Assembly: GCF_947568905.1 (NCBI RefSeq)
Contig: NC_079168.1
Location: 18,166,001 to 18,230,000 of the forward strand
DNA from: Ostrea edulis
Taxonomy: Eukaryota
Length of the DNA: 64,000 nt
Reading direction: 5' to 3'
In this document: positions 24,530-38,540 of the stretch, piece after piece
Layout of the letters: every line of letters begins with the position of its first letter
Numbering within the stretch: the first letter of the stretch is position 1
Position numbers and translations under genes: made by a program
Notes under the pieces: generated by a model
Told to the model about the DNA's origin: nothing
The model's input: only the letters and a program-made list of their open reading frames with translations
Database searches by the model: none

Positions 24530-26644
24530 ACATTTCCAGACAGGACGTTATCCTGCATCGTTCACGAAAACAAGAACTTTATTTCTATTCTACTACGGCC
24601 AGAAATATACAGCAGATCATTCACCTATACAGCTACAAATTAGGTCACTGTGACATCATGACAGTTTCCGAAACGGACTAGGTTTTCATGTTTTTGCTGA
24701 TGAAATAGGTGAAATTATAGGGTATGCCAGATCTATTTTGAAAAATATTTCAAGTATTTAGTTTGATGTTGACGGATTATATCAACCGTTTTAAGTGTTT
24801 TGCTATCCCGGCATTATCTGTTCCAAAACGTAAGTTTGATTTTGTCAATTGCACTCTTCATTTCAATCAAGCCTAGATGGTGCTTTCAATGTAATTCATT
24901 CAATCTAACAAAAACAATGAATTAATCTTATTTCATGGAATCTATCAATAAAAATGTTTTTTCATCAAATCACATCAACAGGGATCCCTCTAAAACCATG
25001 GACTTGAAACAGAACGCGTTAAACAGGAAACGGATGTTAGATCGACCAGTCCAACATTACAGTAAAGAGCGTGAAAGAAACCCAACATTACCATGTTGGA
25101 TCGGTCGGTCCAACATCGGTGTAAAGTTGAAAAGTGTAAACCAAACGGCAGAAGAAAAAGACAACTGATACGCTGAAACATACCGGTGTTTTTTTCAGTG
25201 TTTATGTAAAGAGATATGTAACATGTGACAGTTTAATTGTCTTTTCTTTTGGAACAGTTACTATTGTTCAAACATTTTTTTTTATGATGAACACGAGTGA
25301 ACGTCAGGGTAAGCCTGAGGTTGTAAATATTTTTACATGTTATATTCGTACATACGTCTGATATCCAAAACATTTTGAAAACAATTCTTTCCCAATTATG
25401 ATCAAGTTGCTGCTATTGTTAATTGTTACATCAATATGCCTGAACTTTCCTTACGAAGAAACCTCCAATTCATAATGGCGATGGATTCATTTTTGTCACA
25501 GCATGCCGATCAATCGTCTTTCTTGAGTTCTTCGAATGTTGTTAGTTCTGGAATAGTGCAGTTAATCATACAGAATAACTCTTTGGACTTCCAGATCAAT
25601 GTATCCTCTACAGTTTGTATATAGAAAAGTTACCCATTGTATTTTCATCACAGGTATGGACATTTTTCTTTCAATGTTGTTCTGTTGATGCCTCGGACAT
25701 CAATTTGAAGAACTATCCAAGGGTAGACCACACGAACTACATAACAGTACACCAATGGTATTCTCTTTCTGTTGGGAAATATTTTTATTTCAGCGCTGCC
25801 GTATACACATATCTTTCAATTTGACAAGAATTAATATCTAATTTCTATTGTTGTAATTGTGAAGCACACATTTTCTTTATCAGTTTATGATGAAAAAGTA
25901 CACTTAATAAGTAGTGCATAAAGTTTTATTAACAATCAAAATGTTGTATTTTTGGTAGAATTATCTTGTCTAGATTTACGCATCCATTCATCCGACTTGA
26001 ATACTTTTATCTTCAAAGCAGGTCTGAATGCGTCAAATATCAAGCTTTTTTGAAATTACTAAAACATTCTTTTTTCATGTTTTTGCAAGTAAATATAATC
26101 TTGGCAGGTTCAGTTTTAACTGTTATGTATAGGGGTATGGATCGAAAGAAGGAAAATTGAAATCAAAAGGCTTTGGAACTTGTAAAATAACAGAGTGCGA
26201 GTTATATATATTTCATTTTGAAACAAATTCGCTGGAAAATGTGTAGTTTCTCTTAAAGCTGGAGGTTGTGGGTCACTCTCTTTTGAGTTGGTGATAAAAT
26301 GAAACTATATTCAATAGTTGAAACACACCACATTAATTCATATTTGATATAATCGTAGCTTTTAAGAATTCCACTATATATATTAAATATCATAGTTCTG
26401 TAAAATATTAATCAATGCAGGTAACATTTTGTCTTTAATAGTATTTATTCGTCTACTTAAACGTGATGTTTGAAAATACAATATTTCATAGTCCACACAA
26501 TAACTTATGAAAATAAATGATCACAACATTCATTATTAGTTATTTTTCTCTAAATGGGAAAACGTGATAAAAATCGACACACATGCATTTAAAGTCAATA
26601 TTTGAATTCCGTATTTATCAACTTCTCTTTGCATATTAAAGTCA

Positions 26645-27781
26645 TCATGGCTTTATAAATAGTTCTTTGACAGTCAGTCTGAACTGCTTATTATAGATGA
26701 GATAAATTATTGGATTTGTTGCATTGTTTATACAATATGTCTTCACCAGAACTTCATAAAACGCCCTGCTTGTAGGTGAAAGATCTTCAATATTTACAAC
26801 TGAGCTTTTCAGAAGTATCTGACTAAGAAGATAAGGGAGGTAACTAAAAAGAAACGACAGCGTCACTGCAGAAAGAATGACGGTGGTTTTGGTCAGTTGA
26901 GCTTTCCGATGAAGTTTCGAATGACTGCTCCATTGAATCTCGTTCAGCATCACGTGATCACAGTCTCGAGAAATTGAAAACAGAGATGAAGACCTCCTGA
27001 CTTCGTATATTGTTAGGCTGTCTCGCGTGCAGGTTCCCTGAGAACTAAGTGAATCTCCGCTATCAATTCGAGGTATGTTTGTATTTTGTATCTGAGAACG
27101 TTTCCACTGCCAAATTCGCTTAAAGACTCTTAAGTATAAGAAAAACATAATGCAGAATGAAGTCACGAACACGGTTAAAAGAAATCCGTAAAAAAGGCCT
27201 ACAAACATGGAAAATTGGACATCATCTGCTATTGCGCATGTGCTGCCTACAAGTCCGGGTATGCAATTATTTTTAACTGTGCTTTTACCATAAATGCATG
27301 CTGACGTCCAGGAAATGACAATTGCAGTGGTTATGAGAATCAACACTCTTATTTTTGGATTGGCGTTTGAATACGGTATGGGCGAGCATATTTTTTGGTA
27401 TCTGTCTAAAGCAATGCACATCAACATTAATCCCTCACAAGCGTATGTCAGCATTGAAACACTTCTGAAGACTCGACAGAGTATATCATTGTCGAACAGC
27501 ACCGGGTTTCCTATCACATATATCTCAAAGGGAATGCTGAGACAACAGCAGGCAAGATCAAAAATAGCCAGCCAGAGAATATAAGTGTTGGCTGTTGTTC
27601 GCTTAAATTTCATGCCATATGCATACACTACAAAACCATTTCCGATCACACCAACAAACATTATTAGTCCAGAAAATATCATGGCAGCAATGTTATAAGC
27701 AGCAATGTGATAATTCCACATCCACAATAGCAATTGTCTCTCAAATCCTAGAGTTGCATTGGTTGTATTTTTGCATTCCAT
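26645..27781 (-). CDS. Intronless class A (rhodopsin-like) GPCR, peptide-receptor-like orphan, 378 aa
   Basis: Seven hydrophobic segments. GN in TM1, LAIFD in TM2, C in TM3, IALDRY, FLFSYLP in TM6, NNATNPIIY in TM7. N-terminal N-glycosylation sequons NTT and NAT. Confidence 0.95.
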   Translation of the reverse strand: MECKNTTNATLGFERQLLLWMWNYHIAAYNIAAMIFSGLIMFVGVIGNGFVVYAYGMKFKRTTANTYILWLAIFDLACCCLSIPFEIYVIGNPVLFDNDILCRVFRSVSMLTYACEGLMLMCIALDRYQKICSPIPYSNANPKIRVLILITTAIVISWTSACIYGKSTVKNNCIPGLVGSTCAIADDVQFSMFVGLFYGFLLTVFVTSFCIMFFLYLRVFKRIWQWKRSQIQNTNIPRIDSGDSLSSQGTCTRDSLTIYEVRRSSSLFSISRDCDHVMLNEIQWSSHSKLHRKAQLTKTTVILSAVTLSFLFSYLPYLLSQILLKSSVVNIEDLSPTSRAFYEVLVKTYCINNATNPIIYLIYNKQFRLTVKELFIKP

Positions 27782-29751
27782 CTTCGATGGTAAAATCCAA
27801 AGACCCGTATCACGACTTCTCCTCCTCTTTTATTGCATTCATCAATTTGCAAGAATGACTGGGTTATTTCATGGAAAATATGTCACCTACAAATGAATTG
27901 TTTCAAGAGTTACTTGTCCTATCGGCATAGTTATGTTTCTAGTAGCCAGGTTGGTAGAACAAACAGTTATTATGGTTGTTCCAACCGTCTTTATTAATGC
28001 ATTTTTCAGCATATTGTCACGATAAGAGATCTGAATGATGCGTTTGTAATATCGGAGATAGTGCATATTGAAAACTCGCTTGATAAAAGCTGACGTCAAT
28101 CCATTTGATAATCCAAATGAACATCTGCTATACTTTGGTGCCTTAGACGGCTCAGATTTAATATATGCAATTTCTGATATCAAAAGATTCCTATTATCTA
28201 TGAAGTTGAATATTCCTTGAGTACAAACTGATGTGCTTTTACATTGAGGATTGGGACCGTTTCAATCCCCTAAAGCCGCGTGTGTTGTTTAACTTCCCAT
28301 TCGAGAATTTTTCACTCACTCATTAAAAAAACACGTTACCAGCTTTTAGGTGAAGTGTGTCAAATTTTGACCTATATAAGGCGCTCAAGGTCATGGGAGT
28401 GAGGGTTCTTTATTGGCAAAGGAACAGTCACTATCTATGTTAAACGGGAATCGGACTCGGGACCCCTCTGTTACAAGACTGCTGCGATATTTTCAAAAGC
28501 AACGCCATATCTTGTAAATGCATGTCATGGTACACCTCTATATTTAAGGTACTACAGCATGGGTAGTACATGTAACCCTGGGTTCCAGTTAGATCATTTC
28601 TAAAAGTTTACACGTAAAGTACACAGCTTAAAATTCGCTCATAATTGTTCTCACAGTTTTTGTCTGAGAAAAATTGTTACGCTTTCTAAAAAAAAATGGT
28701 TTTCATGTTCCATTTTATATAAATGTTAAGGCAAGTTTAATTTCAATGCAGATATTTTGCCCACAGTGATACTTTTGAGAAAATAAAACTTCGGCGCAAA
28801 ATAGGTATGTAACCAATACACATTAAGTAAACAATAAGTTGTCTGGATGAATTTAAGATTTAAATTTCATTTTTGAAAATACATAGAGGCATGAGCTGCG
28901 GCGCTTTACGCCAGAACACTTCATGAAGCGCGTTGGCACTTCATGAAAAATATGTCTGTGTGGAGCGTCGCCATCGGGTATTTAAAAAAAAAGAAATATG
29001 TTCATTTCTTTCGAGATTCCCAGTCATTAAAATAGACGTAGTATATTTATCAAACTTCATACGCACATTGTTCACATTTGCATTGAATTCATGAGGAGAT
29101 TGTTTTCATTAGAGTTGGTAAAGATATTGAAAGAAAAAAATCCATTGGAAATGTAAATATGAAATATGCACACATGAAGATGTTAATTTTTTTCAACATC
29201 ATAGATTAAATTTTAAGTCTTGTCAATCCTGGATTAATATCTAAATTCGTCTTGGGATACAGTCCAGCTCTTTTTACCTCTAAAATATAGAAAGATGTTC
29301 TCAATTTAGAGCCCAATTTGTCGACTAACTAATGGATTGAATAACATTATGTGACGTACTATTCAATGTGGTCCTTGTCAGTTTAATAACAATGATAGCG
29401 TATAGGTGAGGGAAATAAACATGTAACATAATATTTTAAATCTTTATTGGTGATAATGTTCGACCAAACACTAGACTTACCAAAAGCCGGATTTTCATCC
29501 AGGACGACATAAAATCGTCTTTCTACTATGAACGCATATAAACACTTCGCAAACAATACCTTGAATTCAAATTGATATTTTTCAAAACTTCGAATCTATT
29601 TAATCCTGACAACACTTGACTTGTGTGTAATGCGAACCCCAATCAATTTCTAGCGGAGATAATAGATTTATTTCTTGTAATATCAACAGATTTGACGTGA
29701 AGACACACCTTGCGAATTGGTTTATTTCCAGAGAATTGCGATTGCAAAAGC

Positions 29752-30558
29752 ATGACATTTTTCGTGTATATAGCAGTTTTGTTTATTTCTATTGAACAAA
29801 CAAAGGTTTGTATTTACGAAAATATTTCGGATGTTTTGCACATGATATATCTATTTCATTTTCATGAAGTTATTTCATTTTTATTTTTAAAGGTATATAT
29901 TATGTATCTGGATTTGTTAGAAAACGAAATAATATTATGTTATACTACATGAACAGTTATGCTTACATGGATATTAGATTTATTTTAATTATATACGTAA
30001 AGGAAACTTTTGAAAGATTCATTTCATCAACCCTGCCCTGTCTTCAAAGATTTTTAAAAAAAATCTTTATTTCAGTCAACGTCATCATGCGAAGCGACAC
30101 AATCAGGGTGCAACTGTACATTTAATGAGGAAGGTGTTTTTGACACTACATCAGAAATCATGGCGGCGTCAATTGGAGCAATGGGTCCACTGCTTCTCAC
30201 AGGCGTTGGCTTCGCAATCTGGAAGTACATCCAAAGTAAAGGCCAAGACATCGCTTTTGAGCGTGCGCCGTCGGATGTTTCTGATGATTATTACGATTCC
30301 AGGCGAGGATCAAAGGGTAGAGTAAGTCCGCAAAGTTCGGGGTCCGATTACAACTACGCCCGTCGTGGATCCACCCCGCTTTCTATCACAGACACAGAAA
30401 ACGAATTTTATCTCGCAGAAACTCCATCCTCAGAAACACCGGAATTGAATCAGGGCGATAAATGGAACCCATCTTCCAGGGCGGCCCCACCATCTAACGC
30501 AGGCAGGGCGTCTATCGCACCAGCCAAGTCGGAAGCTCTTAATGGGTGGATGTTCTGA
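29752..30558 (+). CDS. Small type-I membrane protein 1, 178 aa: signal peptide, ~30 aa 3-Cys ectodomain, TM, Ser/Tyr-rich tail. Exons 29752-29805 and 30076-30558
   Basis: MTFFVYIAVLFISIEQTK|GTTTGT donor (phase 0) joins the tttatttCAG acceptor, giving STSSCEATQSGCNCTF..AASIGAMGPLLLTGVGFAIWKY. An upstream UTR acceptor lies at 29731. Confidence 0.75.
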
Positions 30559-31048
30559 AGGCGGAATTCAACGGAGAATGTTGCTAGGATTTTCATGAAA
30601 GCATAATCAACATCGTAATTATAAATAAGCATTTCTAACAAGCGGTAATTATATTTTAGATCACCATAAAATGTGAAATACGCCATATTTGAAGCGTTCA
30701 AAGGTATTTTGAGACACAACTAGAGTAATTTTTCATTCGCCATGTATTTAATGCAATTTTCTTTATTTTAGAATAAGACATTCTTTGTATTGTTTTTTTG
30801 CTTTTTTTCGCAAAACGTCTCTAAATCATTGATTAATTAGAAAATCACTATATCTATAAATGACAAAAATAGCAATGCAATGATAATAATGTATTAATAG
30901 TAATGTAATTCTTTTTTAAATCAAACTTTAAACGTGTGTAACTTTATAATGTTTGTTGAATTTGTTAAGTTTGAAATAAAGTCATGTGTGAAAGTGATTA
31001 AATTGTTCTACAAATTCATTGTCCATGTTCTTTCACGTATTATATAAT

Positions 31049-31318
31049 GGGTAATCGATCCAGTACATGTTGATGATTCATTCATGTTCGGATGGGTAAT
31101 CGATCCAGTACATGTTAATGATTCATTCATGTCCGGAGGGGTAATCGATCCAGTACATGTTAATGATTCATTCATGTTCGGATGGTTGATCGATCCAGTA
31201 CATGTTAATGATTCATTCATGTCAAGATGGGTAATCGATCCAGTACATGTTAATGATTCATTCATGTTCGGATGGGTAATCGATCCAGAAACGTGTTAAT
31301 GATTCAATCGTGTTCGGC
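31049..31318. repeat. 45-bp minisatellite x6
   Basis: Unit gggtaatcgatccagtacatgttaatgattcattcatgttcggat starts at 31049, 31094, 31139, 31184, 31229 and 31274. Confidence 0.95.
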
Positions 31319-31403
31319 TGATACCAAAGCACGAAAGATCAAGAATTTCAAATGTACAATTCGCAGCTTTCATGAAAGGTTGACAAGAAATTAATGTTTA
31401 CGG

Positions 31404-31411
31404 CATGGGAA

Positions 31412-31466
<55 letters not shown>

Positions 31467-31491
31467 TTAAAGTCGAAAAGAGAGAGAGAGA
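31404..31491. repeat. Interrupted (GA)n microsatellite
   Basis: Direct reading of the sequence. Confidence 0.95.
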
Positions 31492-34400
31492 GTTATAGTA
31501 GTTAAAGTCGAAATCAAAATCTGAAAACTGTAGAAGTAACTTCATATGAATTCAACACGTGGTTTTGGAAACCATGCACGATAAATAGAAATGTATGAAA
31601 ACGACCCCTAACTCATTGGTATGTAGAATATGTGATTTCCAAAGTCTCATTAATAAAACAGACTTCTAGAGTATATATATATTCATTTCTTTATATCAAC
31701 AGTTGTTTAAATACCATCGTGGATGGATAATGAAAATGAAACGTTATGACAAAAATACTAAAGTCCAAATAAAAGCTTTGCAATAGATAGAGGATCCAGG
31801 CATGTTGTAAATTACATTAAAACCAATTTCATTTTCGTTAGAGATATACATAACCTTAAATATGACTTAGATGATATAGATTTGATATAGTCGTAATACT
31901 GCTTTGAGGTGTAAAAAGTTTGTTTTTCAGTAGGATAAGAAAACCAATCATCTCATCGAAGTGTTCAAAGTCAAGAGAATTCTCTATTGAAAAATGTTTT
32001 TTAAGTATTTGACATCGTTATCCGTGTAAAACAATGTAATTAGCTGTTGGTATTTTACATGATTCAATGATTTATTATATCTAAAGAGAATTTAAATCTA
32101 TGTAATGTACTCAAGGATTCCAAAAGAAGAAAAATTCCTATCCACCAAATAACCACATGATTATCGATTCTTAGATTGATAGCAGTGAGTGGTATCAAAG
32201 CTTTAACTAAGCTCGAAAAGTATGCGTGTGATGTGTTGCAGTTCATCCCCTCATGTATTTTTCAAAAATGAAATTCATATTTTAAATGACAGAAGATTTT
32301 CTTCCTTACAACTCATCACTGCTCAGAGTACATCATCGGCGTCGCAATATGATACTGAATCGAAACCAGCTACCCAGAGTTTACATAACGATATCTGATT
32401 CACCATATGTGTTCACAGCTAGAGTGCAGTAAGCTTAGCGGGTTTTTTTCGCGGATCCTATTATTTCACGAAAAGTTTGCGAGCATTAATGACTCTGATA
32501 TTGCATAAAAAAGCTATCTAAAACTTAGGAACATTTTATTTCTTACAAATTATAAACTATGTAATATTGGAGTTATTGGTCCTACAGTGGCGAATTTTGG
32601 CACTCGTTGAGTGTGAAAATTTGCTCAAAAGCTCATTAATTTCTTACACCTAACTTGCACTTATATTCACCAATACTCCTATATTATTTACTTTTCTTTT
32701 AGACTATTATACATTTATTGCATGATAGTGAGAGGGATATGAAGATCTATTCATCCAAGAAAATCATATTCCCTCAAGGAATACGACTTTCTTGGGTGAA
32801 TAAATCTTCACATGCAATTTTTTTTTTATCATACCGAGACAAAGCAAGGCTACATAGATGTATTTGAAATTGCGGGGGAAAATCATGGATACTCTCATTT
32901 ACATGTATATGCAGCTGAGCTCGCCCAGATGGTATCGCCGTCAACATATTAGAATATACAAGCAACGAAATAGAATAATATGATAACAATTTCTTATGTT
33001 CCTCTCTCTCTGAATGTTGATCTCTTACATCTGATCCGTGTATCAACCAAAACAAGAAACATTGGTGCAAGCACCTAATTTATGAACCGAAAAGGTTTTG
33101 GGGGAGTGTAAGAACTAACTAAAAATTATTTGCGAGTGTTAACTAAAGAACTTCTCGGAGAAAGAAACTGAGGTGTTACGAAGAATTTCTTCTTTTAAAA
33201 TCGCGCAAAAATTACAACACGAAGACTTGTGAAATTTAGAGGAGTTTCGATCAAATGCGGAGATGACCAAACTAAGGGAAATGAGTCATTTACTCTGGCG
33301 CTGTCGGTCAATAATGCTGCTAGCCTTAAGGTTTCAAAGCAATACAAGCTGTAACTGACGGTAAATAAATTGAAAAAATTTAAAGAACAAATGGAATAAC
33401 ATACTTGAGATTGGACGTATATAACTTCTTAGAATCAGAGTGAATCTGAAACAATGAATATTTAAGATATTTGTGATTGAATACATAATTATAATCTCGG
33501 TGAATCAAGAGTGGATCTGACACAATAAACCCGTAAAATCAGCAGAAAATGTCGATTCATGAGTTATTGTCTTCCTGACAGTAATTTCTGTTCGTAAACT
33601 CCGATGTGCATTGACCTTGAAGGTCACCAGTTCGGAAAAAGCGGAAAAAGAGGCATTGCACAGGTGTTAGATTTGTAAACTATTCAATATGTCAATCTTA
33701 TTGCAAATTCATTACCAGAATTTCATCTGTGACACATTTGCGTAATTATTACTTTCTTACACTTAGAAAACTTAAATAAATTCATGACACGATATGGATA
33801 TTCTAAAACAAACAAATGTCATGTCACAGTTTTCATCTTTGTATGATCTCGGTCTCATCAATGCTATTACATGTATGTTCGGCGATCATCGTTCCCATGT
33901 CAGAGTATAGGACGAGGTTATGGCGGTTTATACGGAACGCTCATTGTAGGTATGCTCTCCAGCTATATCCCTTGTTTATTTTGCTGATGTTTTCATCAGA
34001 TCTTGATGACTATATTAGTTATACTGATGAGTGTTAATTGGTGCATACTTGGATAGTTGAAAAATACCGTCCGTAACAGCTGGTATTGCTTTAACTTGAT
34101 TCGCAGTAAGTCAACGGCAAGCTATACACGATTAAAGTTTGCTCGATCGATCGATATAAAGCCTCGACTAAAAATAACAGCAGGCTATTCTCAATGCACG
34201 TTTGTCCGATCAATCAATACACTTAGCCCAACCAAAAGTAATTTCTTTGATTTCAATCTTTTCCGTGATGCGGAAAATTTCTGTTCTCGGCAGTTTCCGT
34301 AAAGTCATGTGATAAATATTCTTGTACCTCTAAAGTATGTTTAACGCTTTACATCTGTATCCAAATTTGAAAAATAAAATGTGTTTACTAAGCCTATACC

Positions 34401-35489
34401 ACTGATTTCACAAAAAACTGGAAGTTGGGGTTAAAGTGCAAAAAAGTTTACTTTGCCAAGCCGGTTTTCTTAAATCGTGAAATCATTATCCCCAATACTT
34501 TACAAAGAAATAAGTTCGTTTGGTAACATATTTGGACCCCTGAATTATTAAAAAATGAAATACATGTTGAATCAAACTTCTACATTGCAAAATACTGACG
34601 GAGATACACTTGTCTCAAAAATAAAACGAAACTTTGAAAATGTGTCACATTTCTACTACATTGACATGGTCAAAATACGTACGTAACACAAATTTCCGGA
34701 AAATATCATGAAATTTAACGACTTCTGAAGATATTTGAATAGGTCCGCATAATATCACCACTTTAAAATTTTCACACGCAAAAGATCTATGTGTAAGCAT
34801 TTCACATACAAAAAATTACGATGGTGATACTGTGCGGACCACACTTATTTCTTATTTTAATGTTCATATTTTAGTAGTGTTTTTCTTCTACTTAATAGCT
34901 CACATCAGTAAAATGTGGGCCCGGAGAGATCACGAGGCTGGTATATCTATTTTTCCCATTTCAAATAATAAGGATATATTCTTTGTCAGAAAAGGTCTTT
35001 AAAAATCTATAAGTAAAACTTTTAGATTACTATGATAGAAATTTAATAATTGAACATTGTTCATTAGATCTTGTATCATGACGTCATTGCTAAATATAAA
35101 CTTAGACGTCATTTGATGAATCTCGCGATAGTAAGTGGATCACATACACTGGTAAATCAGTTTTACGTATTATACCATGAATTATGTTTTGTCTGTGGTA
35201 ATAAAAAATAAATAATATATAAAGTTTTGTAAAATAATTAAATAAGATACAACAAACGCCATTCTTTATTAGAACACATCCGCGGTAACAGCCATTTATC
35301 CCGCAGCAACGAATGCGACTTCTCAAATCAATATAGTTTTTATTTAACAAAGCTTGCCGTCTTTAGAAACAACCTTATATAGTAAATTGAAATACATGTA
35401 TCCTTTGCTTAAAGTATTTATATCATTTTTTTAAAAATGATCACATAATCAAACTTTTCTAAAATGTAATGGTAAATCTCATAAAAAAT

Positions 35490-35524
<35 letters not shown>

Positions 35525-35533
35525 AAAACACCC

Positions 35534-35787
35534 GATTGATCGATTGGAAATTGTTTAACGTCCCTCTCGAGAATCTTTCACTCACATGGAGACGTCACCA
35601 TTGCAGGTGAATGGCTGCAAAATCTAGACCTATGTTCGGCGCTTATGACCAATGATCAGGGAGGGATCTTATCGTGTCATACCTGCTGTGACACGGGACC
35701 TTGGTTTTTGCGGTCTCATCCGAAGGTCCGCACCTTACGATAAGCAAGGGGTACTGAAGACCTACTCTAACTCGTATCCCCACGGGA
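35534..35787 (-). mobile_element. tRNA-derived SINE copy
   Basis: Reverse complement of the SINE body seen at 22926-23187. Confidence 0.8.
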
Positions 35788-37843
35788 GAAAAACATTTGA
35801 TAGAAACTACTGTACACAACTTTTTCCAGTATGACATTGAAGTAGATATCGTATTTGTACTAAAAATAGTATTGTTTCTTTTTAACCTTATGAAAATGGT
35901 GAAAAGCAGATATTCCGTGTGTTTAATAAAATGATATTTATTTTTCACACAGGAAGAAACAAAATATAGCAAAGAACGTTTGAATTGTCGAAAATTCGCA
36001 AGAAGAATTATAAGATCATTTCTGTTATTTATTGAATTACAGAAACGTCTTTGATAGTTGCAATGAATAAAATTTATTACATTGCAATTTTTTTTAAAGA
36101 TTGAAAATCTTGTAAAACTGATAAGTCGTATGTAAATTAGATCACCAGCAAATTATCTCCCTTACGTTGAACATAATTTCAATCAATAATTAAGTATTTT
36201 CACATTATGCATTTTCTACCGATCAAAACGGAAAGGAAGTGCATTGTCCGATCCGAAGACTGTAAAATACTTCAACTATATTGGACAGGCTCTTGCGGGC
36301 CCATAATAAGATGATTAAACTGTGCATCAAGAACTTGTTATCCCAACACGCGTGTAATTTTAAGAATTTCTTTTGCGATTTACGACTAATGTTTTAATGT
36401 ATTCATAGAAAATGACTGGGATGTTTTGTGACGTCAGTCTAAACTGTGTAGCTGAGAATACAATTTGTTGCAGGACCTCGTATCGCTCGATGATTCGTGA
36501 TGTGAACGAAAACATAATTGTTTTATCATGATGACATGGACACTCCAATGCAATGCTCTTGATAAAGACATTAAAACAGAAATCAACATGCAGTTCATTA
36601 CTATCGATTGACATCGCAGCGCCAAAATGATTATCAGTCTAATTTACATGATTGTGAAAATGACGTCAGAATGCCTGTCTGATTAATGCATTCAAAGGAA
36701 TATGGTTTTATAACAGTCCAAACATGTTAGGCAAAGGTTCTGAACTGCTGGCAAAGTAATTTTAGAGATTTGTCGGTGACAGTCTTTTTCTGGTAACACA
36801 AGGGAAATTTTGAAAAGCAGACATCACTCATTTAGAAAAAAAAAAATGATGTGGTATGTTCATTTAAAACGAACTTGAACGTTTCTAATGATGAATTTTG
36901 AATGGAATATTGGTGAACTCTCTATGGTTTTTATTCCTCTTTAATCTGACATGCATTCACTTTGCTAAAGCCTGATCAAAAATATCAAACAGTATAAAAT
37001 TCTTTGACATTGTCAAAAGTTAATGACCCGATTTTCTGTTTTGTTTGTCTTTTATTTAAAAGCTCACCCAAAATAGTCTAAAGAACGAAAATTGGCCTTT
37101 TAAAATGAAGATGTCACAAATTGATTTTCTTTACCTGACTGTCTGTCCGGGGGACTTTGTTGTAAGCAGTGATACATACCTCCCGGTTTAGATCTAGGAT
37201 TACGGAATTGATAAAAGGCCCTGCGTCGTTAGCATTGGAGAATTTGTAATATATCTCAATTTATTATTATAACGTGTTTACTTACCAATTGTATTGGCAG
37301 TTGGGGGCTATGAGAAGAAAATTAAAATATTCACCTGCAAAGGAGCTGAATAGTATTAAATCTGACCCTAATGAAGACAGATAGGGAACTTTACTTGAAT
37401 GTTATATAATTTCTGCTGGGAAGAAACAACCCGTATTTTTAAAAGGTTGAATGTGAAACATAATTAATTTCTGAGAGAGAATTTGTTTTGAAGTAGGAAT
37501 CTTTTCAAGATGTAAGATACTCCTATGACGTCACTGGACAACCAATTCGATGAAAATTGATTTTGGATCACTAAATCACCATGTCAATAGTTTAAATCCA
37601 ACAAATCTTCATTTTGAAGATATCAAATCTATGGGAATGTATCCAGTCATTCTTCTACTGGCAAACAATGTCTTGATAAAATCAAAACTAATTGAAAATA
37701 AGTGAACAGATGAACATTTCCTGGAGAGAATTGTACATATCAAAATTGTTTTCAATGTTTCCATTTTGGCTGCATGCCAAGAGATCGAAAATAACTTCTA
37801 ATCTTGTGTTCTAAACCCAACCTAATCCGTAAACAGAAAGAGC

Positions 37844-38268
37844 ATGGCATCACATTTATATCTGATGCTTCTGATAATTCTAAGTGGATATTTTCGTAAT
37901 GTCGATGCAGTAAGTAATTTCTTCTTTTTTTCTTATTTGAGGATAATATTAAGAAAATATATCGTTCAATTTTTTTTACCCAGTTCGGAAAGCTAATATA
38001 CAATAAAGACTATCTAAAACTATTCACATAAAAACCCCACCACGAAATGAATATGATAAAATTTATACTTAAAGGCGTTCGAACATGAGTATTTAGTATT
38101 GTCAATTCTTTTAGAAGTATATTCATGATTTTATTACCAAAAGAATTAACAAAATTTAATCCCCATCAAAAAACAAATTTAAAAGAAAATTGTTATAAGT
38201 TAAAACTGATTAACTATAAAATTTTACTTTTGGGGTGGAATGAATTCGGCTAGTATACACTGTACTAC

Positions 38269-38340
<72 letters not shown>

Positions 38341-38487
38341 ACATAATTTGTTTCCATAATGTAATAATGTAAAACGTTTGAAGATTTTTAAAAAATGAAA
38401 GCGCTTACGTTTTACAACGTGTAGTCATATTTTATTTAGATCTTTACTTATTGATTACCAGGCGACAGAGCCAATTTTTCACATTTG

Positions 38488-38540
<53 letters not shown>

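Noticed and set aside
24391-24681. ORF with SRGVSG repeats
   Set aside because: Translation of the 18-bp minisatellite, with a TTG start and no splice support.
27887-28183. 98-aa ORF upstream of the GPCR
   Set aside because: No recognisable motif, and it is not in frame-linked continuity with the GPCR. Probably UTR or intron.
31049-31318. CRISPR-like array
   Set aside because: Units are contiguous with no unique spacers, there are no cas genes, and the context is eukaryotic. The same applies to the 18-bp (24402) and 51-bp (12226) arrays.
37100-37400. Series of minus-strand donor/acceptor-like motifs suggesting micro-exons
   Set aside because: The implied introns of 25-27 nt are too short and no coherent protein results.
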